From an uncultured Dehalococcoidales bacterium (lineage in GTDB: Bacteria; Chloroflexota; Dehalococcoidia; Dehalococcoidales; BS750m-G39): a stretch of 64,000 nucleotides of DNA. The position numbers and the translations under genes were made by a program. This document shows, piece by piece, positions 20,001 through 29,351 of this stretch. The stretch is from positions 100,283 through 164,282 of the forward strand of contig CAYPBF010000001.1 of assembly GCA_964408935.1 (NCBI GenBank), given 5' to 3'. How positions within the stretch are numbered: position 1 is the stretch's first letter; the number at the start of each line of letters is the position of its first letter. Below the pieces are notes generated by a model. The model searched no databases and was not told where the DNA came from. It was given only the letters and a program-made list of their open reading frames with translations.

Positions 20001-20329
20001 ACAAGCTCTACGCCACCGAAGGCACTGCCGCCATGATCAAAAAGTCGGGGCTGCCGGTAACGACCATACGTAAAAAACTGAACGAGGGACACCCCAATGT
20101 CCTTGATATCATCTACGACGAGACGGTAAACGGCATCGTCAACACCATTACTGGCGGGCGTATCTCCTTGAGGGACGGCTTTCGCATCCGTCGCGCCGCC
20201 ACCGAGAAGCGTATCCCCTGCTTCACCTCGCTCGATACCGCCCAGGCAGCGCTTAAGGTATTGCTGCGGGGCAGCCAGATTTACAGCGCTCTGCCCGTAG
20301 CCGACTACCGCCAGAAGGTGCCCGATTGA
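17096..20329 (+). CDS. carB: carbamoyl-phosphate synthase large subunit
   Basis: 1077 aa with a TTG start behind AAGGAG. It has duplicated ATP-grasp halves ([19 protein letters not shown] and [16 protein letters not shown]) and an MGS-like C-terminus. Confidence 0.95.
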   Translation: MTKPKKVLIVGSGPIVIGQAAEFDYAGTQACKAMREEEVTSVLVNSNPATIMTDEGIADIVYIEPLTVEMVGRIIEKERPDGLLPTLGGQTGLNLAVDLANAGILEKYNVKSLGTPIQTIRNAEDRELFKKLMADIGEPTPKSATVNTLQQARKVAKEIGLPVIIRPAYTLGGTGGGVARTPKELDRVVSIGLAASPINQVLVEESVLGWKEIEYEVMRDAANNCITVCNMENFDPMGVHTGDSIVVAPSQTLTNKEYQMLRTASLNIIRALGVEGGCNVQLALDPNSEKYYVIEVNPRVSRSSALASKATGYPIARVAAKIAVGKRLDEIPNQVTGKTMASFEPALDYLVVKIPRWPFDKFASGDRIIGTQMKATGEVMAIDRCFEAALQKAIRSLEFGKRSLLWEDPSWKMGEDIKDYPLEPNDLRLWALMAALRRGITPQKLSEHTKIDLWFTTKLQNIVDMEKELLGETLTPELMLKAKRLGFADEQIGTLADRLPEQVRQSRLNWNIRPVYKMVDTCAAEFDAATPYFYSSYEQENEALPPKVDKAVVIGSGPIRIGQGIEFDYCSVHSAWALQEADYKAIMVNSNPETVSTDFDTSDRLYFEALDEESLRDILENEGGNGEAPPSIVQFGGQTAINLAEPIARSGLPILGSSVEAIDLAEDRRRFENFLNELGIPQPPGAGVTSAKEALSVAELIGYPVLVRPSYVLGGRAMEIVHNAKELSRYIKQAIELDTKHPVLIDKYLEGKEAEVDAVGDGEDILIPGIMEHIERAGVHSGDSMALYPGINLTETEVDTLVDYAIRIGLGLKIKGLMNIQFVIMRNSNGNGSSVYVLEVNPRASRTIPFISKVTGVPMVKVATKVMLGQSLKEQGYKTGLWPRQKLVAIKAPVFSMSKLIGVDTYLGPEMKSTGEIMGIDYSYDAALAKALQAAGINLREQGAMLFSIADRDKPEALPIIKKFSEIGYKLYATEGTAAMIKKSGLPVTTIRKKLNEGHPNVLDIIYDETVNGIVNTITGGRISLRDGFRIRRAATEKRIPCFTSLDTAQAALKVLLRGSQIYSALPVADYRQKVPD

Positions 20330-21090
20330 TGCTGGAAATAGCCAAGGTCACCGCCAACACCGCGCCCATGACGGGTGCTCACCTGCTCTGGCTGGAAGCC
20401 CCCAAAATCGCCCAGGAAGCAAGACCCGGACAGTTCGTTATGGTGCGCTGCGGGGAAAAGGACGAATTTCCCCTGCGCCGCCCTTTAAGCATCCACCTCT
20501 TGGTGGGTAACGAAATCGCCCTACTTTTTAATATTGTAGGCGGCGGCACGCAGTGGCTTTCGCAGTGTAAAGAGGGCGATAAACTGGATTTACTGGGGCC
20601 ACTGGGCAACGGCTTTAGCATTAGCCCCCCCTCTAAAAACCTACTAATAATAGCGGGTGGAATCGGCATCGCCCCACTGATCTTTCTGGCCAAAACAGCC
20701 ACCGAACGAGGGCTGGCGGTAAAAATACTCTACGGCGTCGCTAACGCCGCCGAGCTCTATTCCCATCCCACCAAAGCCGAGCTGGTAACAGCCACCGAGG
20801 ACGGCAGTAAAGGTGAAAAGGGAATGATAACCAACCTCATCCCCGAGCAAATCGACTGGGCCGACCAGCTATTCGCCTGCGGGCCACTAGCCATGTATAA
20901 GTCTATGGCACGAATGACTGAACTGAAAAACAAATCCGTCCAAATCTCTTTGGAAGTGAGAATGGGCTGTGGATTAGGCGTCTGCTACGGCTGCACGGTA
21001 AAGACCCGAAACGGCTTGAAACAGGTATGCAAAGACGGGCCCATCTTCGAGCTTAACGATATTCTGTGGGAGGAATTAGACGATATTTAG
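20326..21090 (+). CDS. pyrK: dihydroorotate dehydrogenase electron-transfer subunit (FAD/2Fe-2S)
   Basis: 254 aa with the RPLS FAD-binding motif and a C-terminal CGLGVCYGC...C cluster. The start overlaps the carB stop. Confidence 0.85.
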   Translation: MMLEIAKVTANTAPMTGAHLLWLEAPKIAQEARPGQFVMVRCGEKDEFPLRRPLSIHLLVGNEIALLFNIVGGGTQWLSQCKEGDKLDLLGPLGNGFSISPPSKNLLIIAGGIGIAPLIFLAKTATERGLAVKILYGVANAAELYSHPTKAELVTATEDGSKGEKGMITNLIPEQIDWADQLFACGPLAMYKSMARMTELKNKSVQISLEVRMGCGLGVCYGCTVKTRNGLKQVCKDGPIFELNDILWEELDDI

Positions 21091-21114
21091 GGGGAGGCGG
21101 AGGCAGAGAGACTT

Positions 21115-21134
21115 AAAGGGGTTACACCCCCTTT
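21115..21134 (+). terminator. weak hairpin downstream of pyrK (AAAGGGG-loop-CCCCTTT)
   Basis: 7-bp stem with a 6-nt loop and no separate U-tract beyond the stem. Confidence 0.3.
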
Positions 21135-21214
21135 AGGGTGGGTATTGGGTGGGAAAACAACACGTACGCTAAACAAGGTGGGGTGGAGAAGAATACCCCA
21201 GGGGAGGTAGAAAA

Positions 21215-21631
21215 ATGGTAGTGACTAAGAAAATCAGCCTTCAAAGTAAGGGGCATGGCGAAATCATTGACATCACGCCTGATGTGCAAAAGCACCTGGC
21301 TGAGACAAACTTGAGCGAGGGCACGGTTACCCTTTTCATTACCGGTTCCACGGCAGGCATCACCACCATTGAGTACGAACCGGGGCTGCTGGCCGACTTT
21401 AAAGCAATGTGGGAAAGGAATATACCCAAAGACATCACCTACGAGCACGACAAGGCCTGGCACGACGGCAACGGACACTCTCACTGCCGGGCTTCGCTGC
21501 TGGGGGCCTCGTTGGTAATCCCTTTTAGCGGTAAGAGCCTGGCGCTGGGCACCTGGCAGCAAATCGTGGTGGTTGACTTTGATAACAAGGCCCGTTCCCG
21601 CCAAATCGTGGTGCAGGTCACGGGGGAATAG
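21215..21631 (+). CDS. yjbQ: YjbQ/UPF0047 family protein (secondary thiamine-phosphate synthase type)
   Basis: 138 aa with ITPDV...GTVTLFITGSTAGITTIEYEPG and DGNGHSH motifs typical of UPF0047. Confidence 0.8.
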   Translation: MVVTKKISLQSKGHGEIIDITPDVQKHLAETNLSEGTVTLFITGSTAGITTIEYEPGLLADFKAMWERNIPKDITYEHDKAWHDGNGHSHCRASLLGASLVIPFSGKSLALGTWQQIVVVDFDNKARSRQIVVQVTGE

Positions 21632-21675
21632 GCTTTGACATCGTCTTAGCCAGCGCTTATAATTGGGTTTGACCA

Positions 21676-21795
21676 ATGGCAAACCAGATAGGCAAGAAAT
21701 ACAGCTGCAAAAAGTGCGGCGCCGAGTTTATCGTAACCCGCGGCGGTGAAGGCACTGTCCACTGCTGCAGCAAACCCATGGAACAAAAGAAGTAG
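21676..21795 (+). CDS. desulforedoxin-like micro-protein 1 (39 aa)
   Basis: MANQIGKKYSCKKCGAEFIVTRGGEGTVHCCSKPMEQKK. The spacing C-x2-C-x15-C-C is identical to D. gigas desulforedoxin (sequence recalled from memory). It is below the ORF-track length cutoff. Confidence 0.6.
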   Translation: MANQIGKKYSCKKCGAEFIVTRGGEGTVHCCSKPMEQKK

Positions 21796-21939
21796 ATGGC
21801 CAGTCAACTAGGTAAAAGATACCGCTGCACCAAATGCGGCACCGAAATACTCTGCACCAAAGCAGGCGAAGGCACGCCCGTCTGCTGCGACCAGGAAATG
21901 GAACTCCAGCAACCCCGCCCCGTCCCCTCCTCAGACTAG
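21796..21939 (+). CDS. desulforedoxin-like micro-protein 2 (47 aa)
   Basis: MASQLGKRYRCTKCGTEILCTKAGEGTPVCCDQEMELQQPRPVPSSD, with the same C-x2-C-x15-C-C spacing. Its ATG abuts the TAG of copy 1. Confidence 0.6.
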   Translation: MASQLGKRYRCTKCGTEILCTKAGEGTPVCCDQEMELQQPRPVPSSD

Positions 21940-22506
21940 CTATTTGCCGTGAAGCAACGAGAAGAACTCAGCCCTGGTCTCAGTACGGCTGCGGAAGCTC
22001 CCTCTCAAGGCCGAGGTAACGATAGCGCTCCCCGGTTTCTTAATGCCCCGCATTATCATGCAAAGGTGTTCCGCCTGGACGATGACTCCCACCCCATCGG
22101 GTTTGAGGCCGTTGACGATGGCATCGGCAATCTGTGAGGTCATCCTCTCCTGAATCTGGGGGCGCTTGGCGAAGATTTCCACCACCCGTGCCAGCTTGCT
22201 CCCCCCCACGACACGCCCTGTCTCATTGGGCAGATAGCCCACGTGCACCACGCCGTAGAAGGGCAAGAGGTGGTGCTCGCACATCGAGTAGAAGGGAATA
22301 TCCCTGAGGATGACCATCTCGCGGTGCCCTTCCTCAAAGCCCACGGCCAGGTCTTCCCTGGGGTTCATGGTAAGCCCGCTAAAAAGCTCGGCGTACATAT
22401 CGGCCACGCGTTGGGGAGTGCCTTGCAGGCCTTCCCGACTCGGGTCCTCGCCGATAGCCTTTATCATAGAGGTTACAGCTGATTTAATCTCTGCCTCGTT
22501 AATCAC
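21940..22506 (-). CDS. folE: GTP cyclohydrolase I
   Basis: 188 aa with GLQGTPQRVA, FYSMCEHHLLPF and VIVQAEHLCM motifs. Confidence 0.9.
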   Translation of the reverse strand: MINEAEIKSAVTSMIKAIGEDPSREGLQGTPQRVADMYAELFSGLTMNPREDLAVGFEEGHREMVILRDIPFYSMCEHHLLPFYGVVHVGYLPNETGRVVGGSKLARVVEIFAKRPQIQERMTSQIADAIVNGLKPDGVGVIVQAEHLCMIMRGIKKPGSAIVTSALRGSFRSRTETRAEFFSLLHGK

Positions 22507-22524
22507 TTCAGCCTCCTTGTTATG

Positions 22525-23577
22525 TCAAGTTAGCCCTAACGCCTTTTCCACCGTAGTCAGGTCAGGGGAAAGCTCCAAAAACGGTTCGCCGCCCTTGACC
22601 GCCGTTTCGGTGTCCTTGAGCCCCGTGCCAGTGACTATGCAAACGATACGACTCTTGGAGAAGTCCCTGCCCTGCTGGCGCATCTTTACCAGCCCCGCCA
22701 GCGATGCCGCCGAGGCCGGCTCGCCGAAAACGCCCGCTTTGGTAGCCAGCATCTTCTGGGCGGCCAGTATCTCGTCGTCACTGACCATATCGATAATACC
22801 CCCCGATTCATCACGGGCAGCCTCCGCCCTTTTCCAGCTGGCGGGGTTGCCGATACGGATGGCCGAAGCCACCGTTTCGGGCTTTTCGACAACGTGCCCC
22901 CTGACGATGGGGGCGGCGCCCTCCGCCTGGAAGCCCATCATCTTAGGCTTGATTTTCGATTTGCCCACCTGATGGTATTCCTTAAAGCCCTTCCAGTAGG
23001 CGGTGATGTTACCGGCATTACCCACGGGGATGAAGAGGTAATCGGGGGCCTCACCGAGGACGTCGATAATCTCGAAGGCGGCCGTCTTCTGCCCCTCAAT
23101 GCGGTTGGGGTTGAGCGAGTTAACCAGAGTGACGGGGTGTTTTTCGGTTAGAGCCAGCACGATTTTCAGCGCCTGGTCGAAGTTACCGCTGATGGCCACG
23201 ATTTTAGCCCTGTAGACGATGGCCTGAGCCATCTTGCCTATCGCAATCTTACCCTTGGGGATAACGATTATGGAGGAGACGCCGCAGCCGGCAGCATAGG
23301 CCGCCGCCGAGGCGCTGGTATTGCCCGTCGAGGCGCACATCAATGCCTTACTCCCCGCCTCCAGCGCTTTAGCCACCGCCACCACCATCCCCCGGTCTTT
23401 GAAAGAACCGGTAGGGTTACAGCCCTCCAGCTTAAAGTAAAGCTCGCCGACGCTAAGCTCCTTCTCTAACTGAGGACTCCGCACCAGCGGTGTGTCGCCC
23501 TCGCCCAGGGTAAAGAGAGGGGTTTTGGGGGTTATGGGGAGGAAGTCTTTGTATCTAAACAGAACGCCGGGTTTCAT
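22525..23577 (-). CDS. thrC: threonine synthase
   Basis: 350 aa from [14 protein letters not shown]. That ATG forms an ATGA overlap with the upstream stop. [10 protein letters not shown] is the PLP-lysine motif. Confidence 0.9.
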   Translation of the reverse strand: MKPGVLFRYKDFLPITPKTPLFTLGEGDTPLVRSPQLEKELSVGELYFKLEGCNPTGSFKDRGMVVAVAKALEAGSKALMCASTGNTSASAAAYAAGCGVSSIIVIPKGKIAIGKMAQAIVYRAKIVAISGNFDQALKIVLALTEKHPVTLVNSLNPNRIEGQKTAAFEIIDVLGEAPDYLFIPVGNAGNITAYWKGFKEYHQVGKSKIKPKMMGFQAEGAAPIVRGHVVEKPETVASAIRIGNPASWKRAEAARDESGGIIDMVSDDEILAAQKMLATKAGVFGEPASAASLAGLVKMRQQGRDFSKSRIVCIVTGTGLKDTETAVKGGEPFLELSPDLTTVEKALGLT

Positions 23578-24146
23578 TTTTTCTCCCACTTCTCCAGGAA
23601 TTCTTTGGCTATTTTTCTTGTTTTGGGGCTTTCGCCGTTCAGCTGCTGCCTGACGAAGGCTATTATCCTCTCCTTGTCCTCAGATTCAGCGAAATAGTCG
23701 CCGAACGACTCTATGGCGCCCGCTTTTATCAGGTCTTTATGCTTCTGGGCGGTCTTGTCTATGTTCAACAGTCTATCCGTTATCGCCGCTCGTAGCTTGG
23801 GCTTGGCCCGGGCAATCTTTCCTGAGCTGGCGGTGATGTGCCCGGCAACAATGACGCTGTCGTTGAGCAGATTGTAGTATTTATCGAATATCTCCTCGAA
23901 TCTGCTTTCGCTATCGACAGTAGTTAGGTTAGCGATTAGCCTAACGGCAATCAGCTTCCAGTAGGCGTTCTGGCTATCGAGCATCTCGGCCAGGAACTCC
24001 CAGTGGGGGTAGAGTGATTCAGGCTTTTCCTCGCTTACACGTAACAGGACCTCGAAGCTGCCGTAGCGCTCTCTGTCGTCCTTGGATTTCAGCGCTTTCA
24101 GCAGCTCGGGAATGGATTTTTCACCTATAGCCGCATCTCTAGCCAT
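23574..24146 (-). CDS. hypothetical all-helical (HEAT/ARM-like) protein
   Basis: 190 aa with a helical repeat character and no catalytic motif that I recognise. It is translationally coupled to thrC. Confidence 0.4.
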   Translation of the reverse strand: MARDAAIGEKSIPELLKALKSKDDRERYGSFEVLLRVSEEKPESLYPHWEFLAEMLDSQNAYWKLIAVRLIANLTTVDSESRFEEIFDKYYNLLNDSVIVAGHITASSGKIARAKPKLRAAITDRLLNIDKTAQKHKDLIKAGAIESFGDYFAESEDKERIIAFVRQQLNGESPKTRKIAKEFLEKWEKK

Positions 24147-24160
24147 CTAGCTCGACCCTC

Positions 24161-25459
24161 TTAAGCCTCCACCCGGATAAAGTTCCCTATCTCCTTGACC
24201 GAAGCCAAGCGCTCCAGCTCTTTAAGCGCCCGCTGCATCTCAGCTTCCTTGGCCGGGTGGGTCATAATGACAATCTCAGCCGTCTGGGCCTTATCGTCCA
24301 CCGTCTTCTGGATAACCGAGGAGATGCTTATGCGCTGGTCGCCCAGAACCTTGGATACCTGGGCCAGCACGCCAGGCTTATCGTCGACGTTAAGCCTTAG
24401 ATAGTAGCAGGTCAGAAGCTCGGCCATGGGCCTTATCTTTATATTTGGCTCCCGCCACCACCGCGCCCGAGTGCCCGTCCCCGTAACGATGTCGCGGGCG
24501 GCGGAAACGACGTCGGCCACCACCGCGCTGCTGGTCGCCGATGCCCCCGCCCCTTCACCATAGAAGAGCACCTTGCCCACCAAATCGCCCTCGACCAGTA
24601 TGGCGTTATAGACGCCGTCGACCTTGGCCAGCAGCGATTCTTCGGGGATAAAGACGGGGTGGACCCTGACCTCAATGAGGCCATCGGCCTGCTTACCTAT
24701 AGCCAGCAGCCTGATGGCGAAGCCTAGCTCCCTGGCATACTTAAAGTCGCGGCTGTCCAGTCGGGAAATGCCCTCGCAGTGGATGTCCTCGGGGCGTACC
24801 GGGTGGTGAAAGGCCAGTGAAGCCAGTATAGCCAGCTTATATCTCGAATCAATGCCCTCGATGTCGTTCGTGGGGTCGGCCTCGGCGTAGCCCAGCTTCT
24901 GAGCACTCTTTAGGGCGGTGGGGAAGTCAATGCCCTCACGCGCCATGCGGGTGAGTATATAGTTGGTAGTGCCGTTGATGATGGCGTATATACCGCTTAT
25001 CTTGTTGGCCACTAAGTCCTGCTGGAAGGGAGCAATTAAGGGAATGCCGCCGCCGACGCTGGCTTCGTAGTGCAGGCCGACGCCTTTCTTCTGAGCCAGC
25101 TCGAAAAGCCCCACACCGTGCTTGGCGATAACCTCCTTGTTGGAGGTGATCACGTGTCGGCCCGATTCCAGGGCGCGTTTTTGATAGTCGAAGGCAGGTT
25201 TTTCGCCGCCAATGGCCTCGACAACGATATCGATATCCTGACCGAAAAACTCGTCATCGTTGGTAGTGAAGAGCTTCGAGCCCAGTTTCTTGGCCAGAGG
25301 ACGAGAGAGGTCGGACTCCAGAACCTTTATCTTTCTAAGTACCAGCGGGCAGCCGACCTGGCGGGAAAGGACTTCCGCCTTTTCGGTTAAGACCTCTGCC
25401 ACGCCGCCAGCTACCACCCCCAGCCCCATTAAGCCAACACCGATGCTCTCTTTTTTCAC
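24161..25459 (-). CDS. hom: homoserine dehydrogenase with C-terminal ACT domain
   Basis: 432 aa with GLMGLGVVAGGV (NAD-binding), VITSNKEV and GAGASATSSAVVADV motifs, plus an ACT-like tail. Confidence 0.9.
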   Translation of the reverse strand: MKKESIGVGLMGLGVVAGGVAEVLTEKAEVLSRQVGCPLVLRKIKVLESDLSRPLAKKLGSKLFTTNDDEFFGQDIDIVVEAIGGEKPAFDYQKRALESGRHVITSNKEVIAKHGVGLFELAQKKGVGLHYEASVGGGIPLIAPFQQDLVANKISGIYAIINGTTNYILTRMAREGIDFPTALKSAQKLGYAEADPTNDIEGIDSRYKLAILASLAFHHPVRPEDIHCEGISRLDSRDFKYARELGFAIRLLAIGKQADGLIEVRVHPVFIPEESLLAKVDGVYNAILVEGDLVGKVLFYGEGAGASATSSAVVADVVSAARDIVTGTGTRARWWREPNIKIRPMAELLTCYYLRLNVDDKPGVLAQVSKVLGDQRISISSVIQKTVDDKAQTAEIVIMTHPAKEAEMQRALKELERLASVKEIGNFIRVEA

Positions 25460-26772
25460 GCTTCGCCTCCCGTGCGCATACGTATAACATAGTCAACTGC
25501 CCACTGCGCCTTTTCCTCATCAAGATAACTTACGATGACGTTATCTGGGTCATTTTTTATCTCCTCGAACCACGTGCTAAAAGCGTCACTGGTAAGAAGG
25601 AGCCGATTTTCCTCATCAATCTCGCGGTCTTCCTCGCTGGCTACGACCTGAATCAGCCAGTAACCACCCGTGAGGCTGATTTCCTCATCCCTTATCACCG
25701 GGCTCAACACCCCTAACTCCACCCCGGAGTCAAAGACGTATTCGTCAAAGGTGTCGGTGGTCGCGCCGGGGGAAAGCGTAATCTCACCGCCGTAGGCGCT
25801 GGAGTCCTCATGCAGGGAGAACTCGCTGGCCAACTCGGTAAAGTCCTCGCCTGCCTCCAGCCTAGCCCTAATGTCCTCAGCTTCTTGAGAGCTGGCCACC
25901 AGTATTACCCTGAGCTGGGCCTCGACGGGCTCGGCGGTATCATCGACGGCTATGACCTCAATCAGCCAGTAGCCTAAATTACGAGACTTGGTTTCCTCGA
26001 ATACGGGCGGGCCTAAAACCCCGACCTCGGCGCTAAAGGCGCTCTCTTCGAGCACCTCGCTATCCACCTTCAGGGGCAAGATGCCCAGCAGGCACCAGCC
26101 GAGGTCGCCAGCCGCTTCTTTAGTGACATCGTCCAGGGAAAGCTCGGCGGCCAGAGTGCCGAAGTCTTCGCCAGCTCCAATCCGATCGGAAACCTCGTCG
26201 GCCAGCGCCTCACCCTCCAAGAACATAGCCATTATATGCCTCTGGTCGGCGTACTGCGGTATCTGGGAGTCAAAATACTCGTCGCGCACTTTTTGCAACA
26301 GGAGATCAGTGGTGATGGCATCCCGGTATTCCTCTTCGTCCCAGTATTCTTCCGGCAGCGGCGGGTCGAGGCTGGCAAAAGCCTCGTCAATCTCATCATC
26401 GCTGATGGTTATGCCCAACCCCGCCGCCCCCTGCTTGAACAGCTCGTATTCCGTAATAAGGTCGATCACACTGCTCGTCATATAGCCAATGAAACCAGCA
26501 TCCATGTCACTGGTCTGGAGATCGAGCATCTTGCTGTAGTACTCCATATCGAACTCGGTCCCGTTGACTTCAAGAACAACGTCGTGGAGAGGCTTGTAGT
26601 CTTCAACGTACCAGCCCTTATAAACCCCGACGCCGACAACGGCTAACACGGCGATAAAAATCAGGATAGCCCCGCCGAAGATGATACGCTGCCGCCTCTT
26701 TTGCTTTTGCAGGCGGGAGCGCTGACGCCTGGTAATCTCGCGCCGCGGTTTTTCCTTTTTCTTTTTAGCCAA
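25456..26772 (-). CDS. membrane-anchored SurA/PrsA-like protein with two parvulin-type PPIase-like domains
   Basis: 438 aa with a basic N-terminus and one TM, and a very acidic body. Two repeats match the parvulin pattern (..EDF..LA.E.S.D....GG/GDLG...G...GYWLI.V). Confidence 0.6.
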   Translation of the reverse strand: MAKKKKEKPRREITRRQRSRLQKQKRRQRIIFGGAILIFIAVLAVVGVGVYKGWYVEDYKPLHDVVLEVNGTEFDMEYYSKMLDLQTSDMDAGFIGYMTSSVIDLITEYELFKQGAAGLGITISDDEIDEAFASLDPPLPEEYWDEEEYRDAITTDLLLQKVRDEYFDSQIPQYADQRHIMAMFLEGEALADEVSDRIGAGEDFGTLAAELSLDDVTKEAAGDLGWCLLGILPLKVDSEVLEESAFSAEVGVLGPPVFEETKSRNLGYWLIEVIAVDDTAEPVEAQLRVILVASSQEAEDIRARLEAGEDFTELASEFSLHEDSSAYGGEITLSPGATTDTFDEYVFDSGVELGVLSPVIRDEEISLTGGYWLIQVVASEEDREIDEENRLLLTSDAFSTWFEEIKNDPDNVIVSYLDEEKAQWAVDYVIRMRTGGEA

Positions 26773-26840
26773 CTACGAACCTCCGAATGTTAATCTCTAT
26801 AGTTATAACCTAAAAGCCTAATCTTTTCAATCGGATTTAT

Positions 26841-26869
26841 TTGTCGCCACAATCGAATTGTGCTAATAT
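26841..26869 (+). promoter_or_regulatory. candidate promoter of tRNA-Pro (TTGTCG-17 nt-TGCTAATAT)
   Basis: The -35-like and extended -10 elements end 12 nt before the tRNA 5' end. Confidence 0.4.
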
Positions 26870-26881
26870 GTTGCCGTAGTT

Positions 26882-26955
26882 CGGGGTGTAGCGCAGTCTG
26901 GTAGCGCACCTGAATGGGGTTCAGGTGGTCGCCGGTTCAAATCCGGCCACCCCGA
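26882..26955 (+). tRNA. tRNA-Pro (anticodon GGG)
   Basis: Manual cloverleaf: acceptor CGGGGTG/CACCCCG, D-arm GCGC/GCGC, anticodon stem CCTGA/TCAGG with loop AUGGGGU, T-arm GCCGG-TTCAAAT-CCGGC, discriminator A. No CCA is encoded. Confidence 0.9.
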
Positions 26956-26961
26956 CTTTGA
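26914..26961 (+). repeat. 48-bp direct repeat, copy 1 (attL-like; anticodon loop to 3' end of tRNA-Pro plus 6 nt)
   Basis: ATGGGGTTCAGGTGGTCGCCGGTTCAAATCCGGCCACCCCGACTTTGA is identical to 46404-46451. Confidence 0.85.
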
Positions 26962-26971
26962 AGCTAAAGAC

Positions 26972-27103
26972 TGGGTGGGCAGCATAAATTACTTCTCATT
27001 CGGCGCCACCCGTTACGGATCTGTGCCCACCAACAGGCAGTTCACCGACCAAAGGCTGGACGGCACAGGGCTCTAATACTACAGGGCAAGGTACTGCACC
27101 AAG
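26972..27103 (+). pseudogene. relic of an RHS/YD-repeat core C-terminus
   Basis: The frame reads WVGSINYFSFGATRYGSVPTNRQFTDQRLDGTGL*YYRARYCTK*. This matches the RHS core pattern (PFGe...fTGqe.D..TGLYYYRARYYDP) but has an in-frame stop and no 5' part. Confidence 0.5.
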
Positions 27104-27486
27104 TAAACCCCAAAATGGCTTTTTGTTACCTCGTTGCACTTTTCTGACAATTGTTCAATGTTGACTTGGGGATTTATAATTAAAAAGGCGGGATGCCACT
27201 TGCCCGATTACAGCTGAGGCTACCCACACGGGAGGGGGAGGGACAAAAATTTAAACCAGTGAGGAAGAAACTTAGAACTCCTAGTACCTCAGTTTCCCCT
27301 GGCAGAGCCCGCCATAAAGAAAGTATGAAGTGTTTTCAGGTACCATGCGTCTTATCCTATGCTCATTTAGCTCATAAGAAACGCTGTCCACTGCTCTGAC
27401 CCTACCCTACTCTGTATTGAAGAGGTCTTGAACCTTTAGTAAGACCAAAATATTGTCCTCCTCTCACTGCCTTAAACTAAAGAAGA

Positions 27487-28287
27487 TTATTTTTTTAATA
27501 CTATTCCCACCGGATCGATTTCTTTACGTAATATCATTATGTGTTCTTCAGTAGGCTCTGAGCTAGTGTTAATCTCATCCGGTGTAATTATCATGAAGCC
27601 GCTATTCTCTTTCACTTCTTCCAGACTGATACCAGGGTGCAGTGATATCAGCACTAGCTTTTTTGTTTCATTATCAAATCCGTAGATGCCTAATTGGGTG
27701 ATAACGCGATACGGCCCTGACCCTCTTGGTAATCCAGCGTTCTCTCTGCTGCCAGGGCCATCCAGGTAACCAGGTGTCGTTAAAAAATCGACCTTTTCGA
27801 CAAACGTTCTCTTGGACTGGTTGGAAATTATGATTATGAGCCTCCGTGAGAATGAGCCAACGTCATTAGCACCACCGCTACCCGGCAGACGAATCTGTGG
27901 TAAATCATGATCACCGATAACTGTTGTATTTATATTCCCGTATACATCCATCTGAGCAGCGCCCAGAAAACCATAATCAACATAACCTGCCTGGGATAGA
28001 GACATAATGTCATGCATACTGGAGGCGGCTATACCTTGGTAATAGGTTCTAGATTCGCCGACAGAGATAGGGAGTTCGGGTAATATTGGCCCTATTCCAC
28101 CAGCCTCAAAAATAGCAAGCAGGTTAGGGGCGTTCGTTTTTTGAGCCAGCATGGTGGCTATTATTGGCAGCCCAGTGCCTACAAAAACCGATTTCCTATC
28201 CTCAAGCATAACAGCCCCGATAAAGGCCAGATATTCTCTTAAATTGTACTTACCCTCTTGTACCCCGGTTATTGGCACAGATAACAC
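27487..28287 (-). CDS. CoA-transferase subunit B (glutaconate/3-oxoacid CoA-transferase family I)
   Basis: 266 aa with the IFEAGGIG (catalytic Glu region) and LPGSGGANDV motifs. Confidence 0.75.
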   Translation of the reverse strand: MLSVPITGVQEGKYNLREYLAFIGAVMLEDRKSVFVGTGLPIIATMLAQKTNAPNLLAIFEAGGIGPILPELPISVGESRTYYQGIAASSMHDIMSLSQAGYVDYGFLGAAQMDVYGNINTTVIGDHDLPQIRLPGSGGANDVGSFSRRLIIIISNQSKRTFVEKVDFLTTPGYLDGPGSRENAGLPRGSGPYRVITQLGIYGFDNETKKLVLISLHPGISLEEVKENSGFMIITPDEINTSSEPTEEHIMILRKEIDPVGIVLKK

Positions 28288-28301
28288 CTCTTCTCTCTAA
28301 G

Positions 28302-29318
28302 CTATGGCTCTTTGTTTCTTGGAACTACCATCGGCTCCTCGAGTAACTCCCGCTTTATGAGATAAGTGATCCTCTCCTTACCCCCACAGAGTTCCAGGTA
28401 ATCTTGAAAATCATCAACGCTGTAGACATATTTATCTAGATACTCACTTACTCCTTCAGGAGTTTTAGACAAGCTTAGCCATTCCGTGATATGCTCTTCG
28501 TCATAGTAGTAGAGACCTGGCATCTGACAAGGGTGGGAACCATACGGAATCTTAACGACAGAATCCACTACAAAGAATGGTATCTTCGTTTTCCACGGCT
28601 CTCTTCTTATTAATTCGTTATCAACTATCTCTTCTGTCGTTAGTATTAACCTTCTGGCACATCTGGATAACTCTATGTCTTCCACTACGATACCGTCTAT
28701 TTGACCATTGCCATACACGTCACAACGGTGGACATGAATAAAGGCAACATCGGGATAGGCAGCTGGAATTAGGTTAACAGGTTTGCCACTGAAAGGGTCC
28801 CTAACTACCTTACACGAGCTGTATTTACCCGTGTCGGTACCGAGCAGATTACGGCTTGGTATAAAGGGTATACCCATCATGCCAGCTAACAATCGCCATT
28901 GATATCCAGCATTGCTAGTCTCGGCAGCTACACTGCAATGACCGCTTTCAACCATCCGCCTTGAAGCCGGAGATAGTCCCCTGAGCTCATGGCCGAAGGA
29001 ATAAGCCACCTCAACCTTATTTACACAGCCGGAAGCCACTAAAATGTCTAAATCATGGACGGCTGTTTTACCGGCCATAACGATGTTCCTCTTATTTTGT
29101 CGGATAATTTCATAAATAATAGCCATCGATACTCGTACGTGCCCAAATCCTCCACTGGCGATATAATCACCATCATGAATATACGTCGAAACCGCCTCTT
29201 TGACCGACATCATTTTATTTTTCAACTCGCGAGGCTTTTGGTTCAAAACCCATTCCCTTGCCTCATCAGGATCATGCCAGCCTATTAGCTCTCCCTTGCC
29301 TTCACTCAATACTTCCAT
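28302..29318 (-). CDS. CoA-transferase subunit A (GctA-like)
   Basis: 338 aa. It is paired with subunit B, and has GDYIASGGFG and a C-terminal extension as in glutaconate CoA-transferase alpha. Confidence 0.75.
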   Translation of the reverse strand: MEVLSEGKGELIGWHDPDEAREWVLNQKPRELKNKMMSVKEAVSTYIHDGDYIASGGFGHVRVSMAIIYEIIRQNKRNIVMAGKTAVHDLDILVASGCVNKVEVAYSFGHELRGLSPASRRMVESGHCSVAAETSNAGYQWRLLAGMMGIPFIPSRNLLGTDTGKYSSCKVVRDPFSGKPVNLIPAAYPDVAFIHVHRCDVYGNGQIDGIVVEDIELSRCARRLILTTEEIVDNELIRREPWKTKIPFFVVDSVVKIPYGSHPCQMPGLYYYDEEHITEWLSLSKTPEGVSEYLDKYVYSVDDFQDYLELCGGKERITYLIKRELLEEPMVVPRNKEP

Positions 29319-29351
29319 TTCTCTAGTTCCCTGTCTTTAATTAGTCGAATC

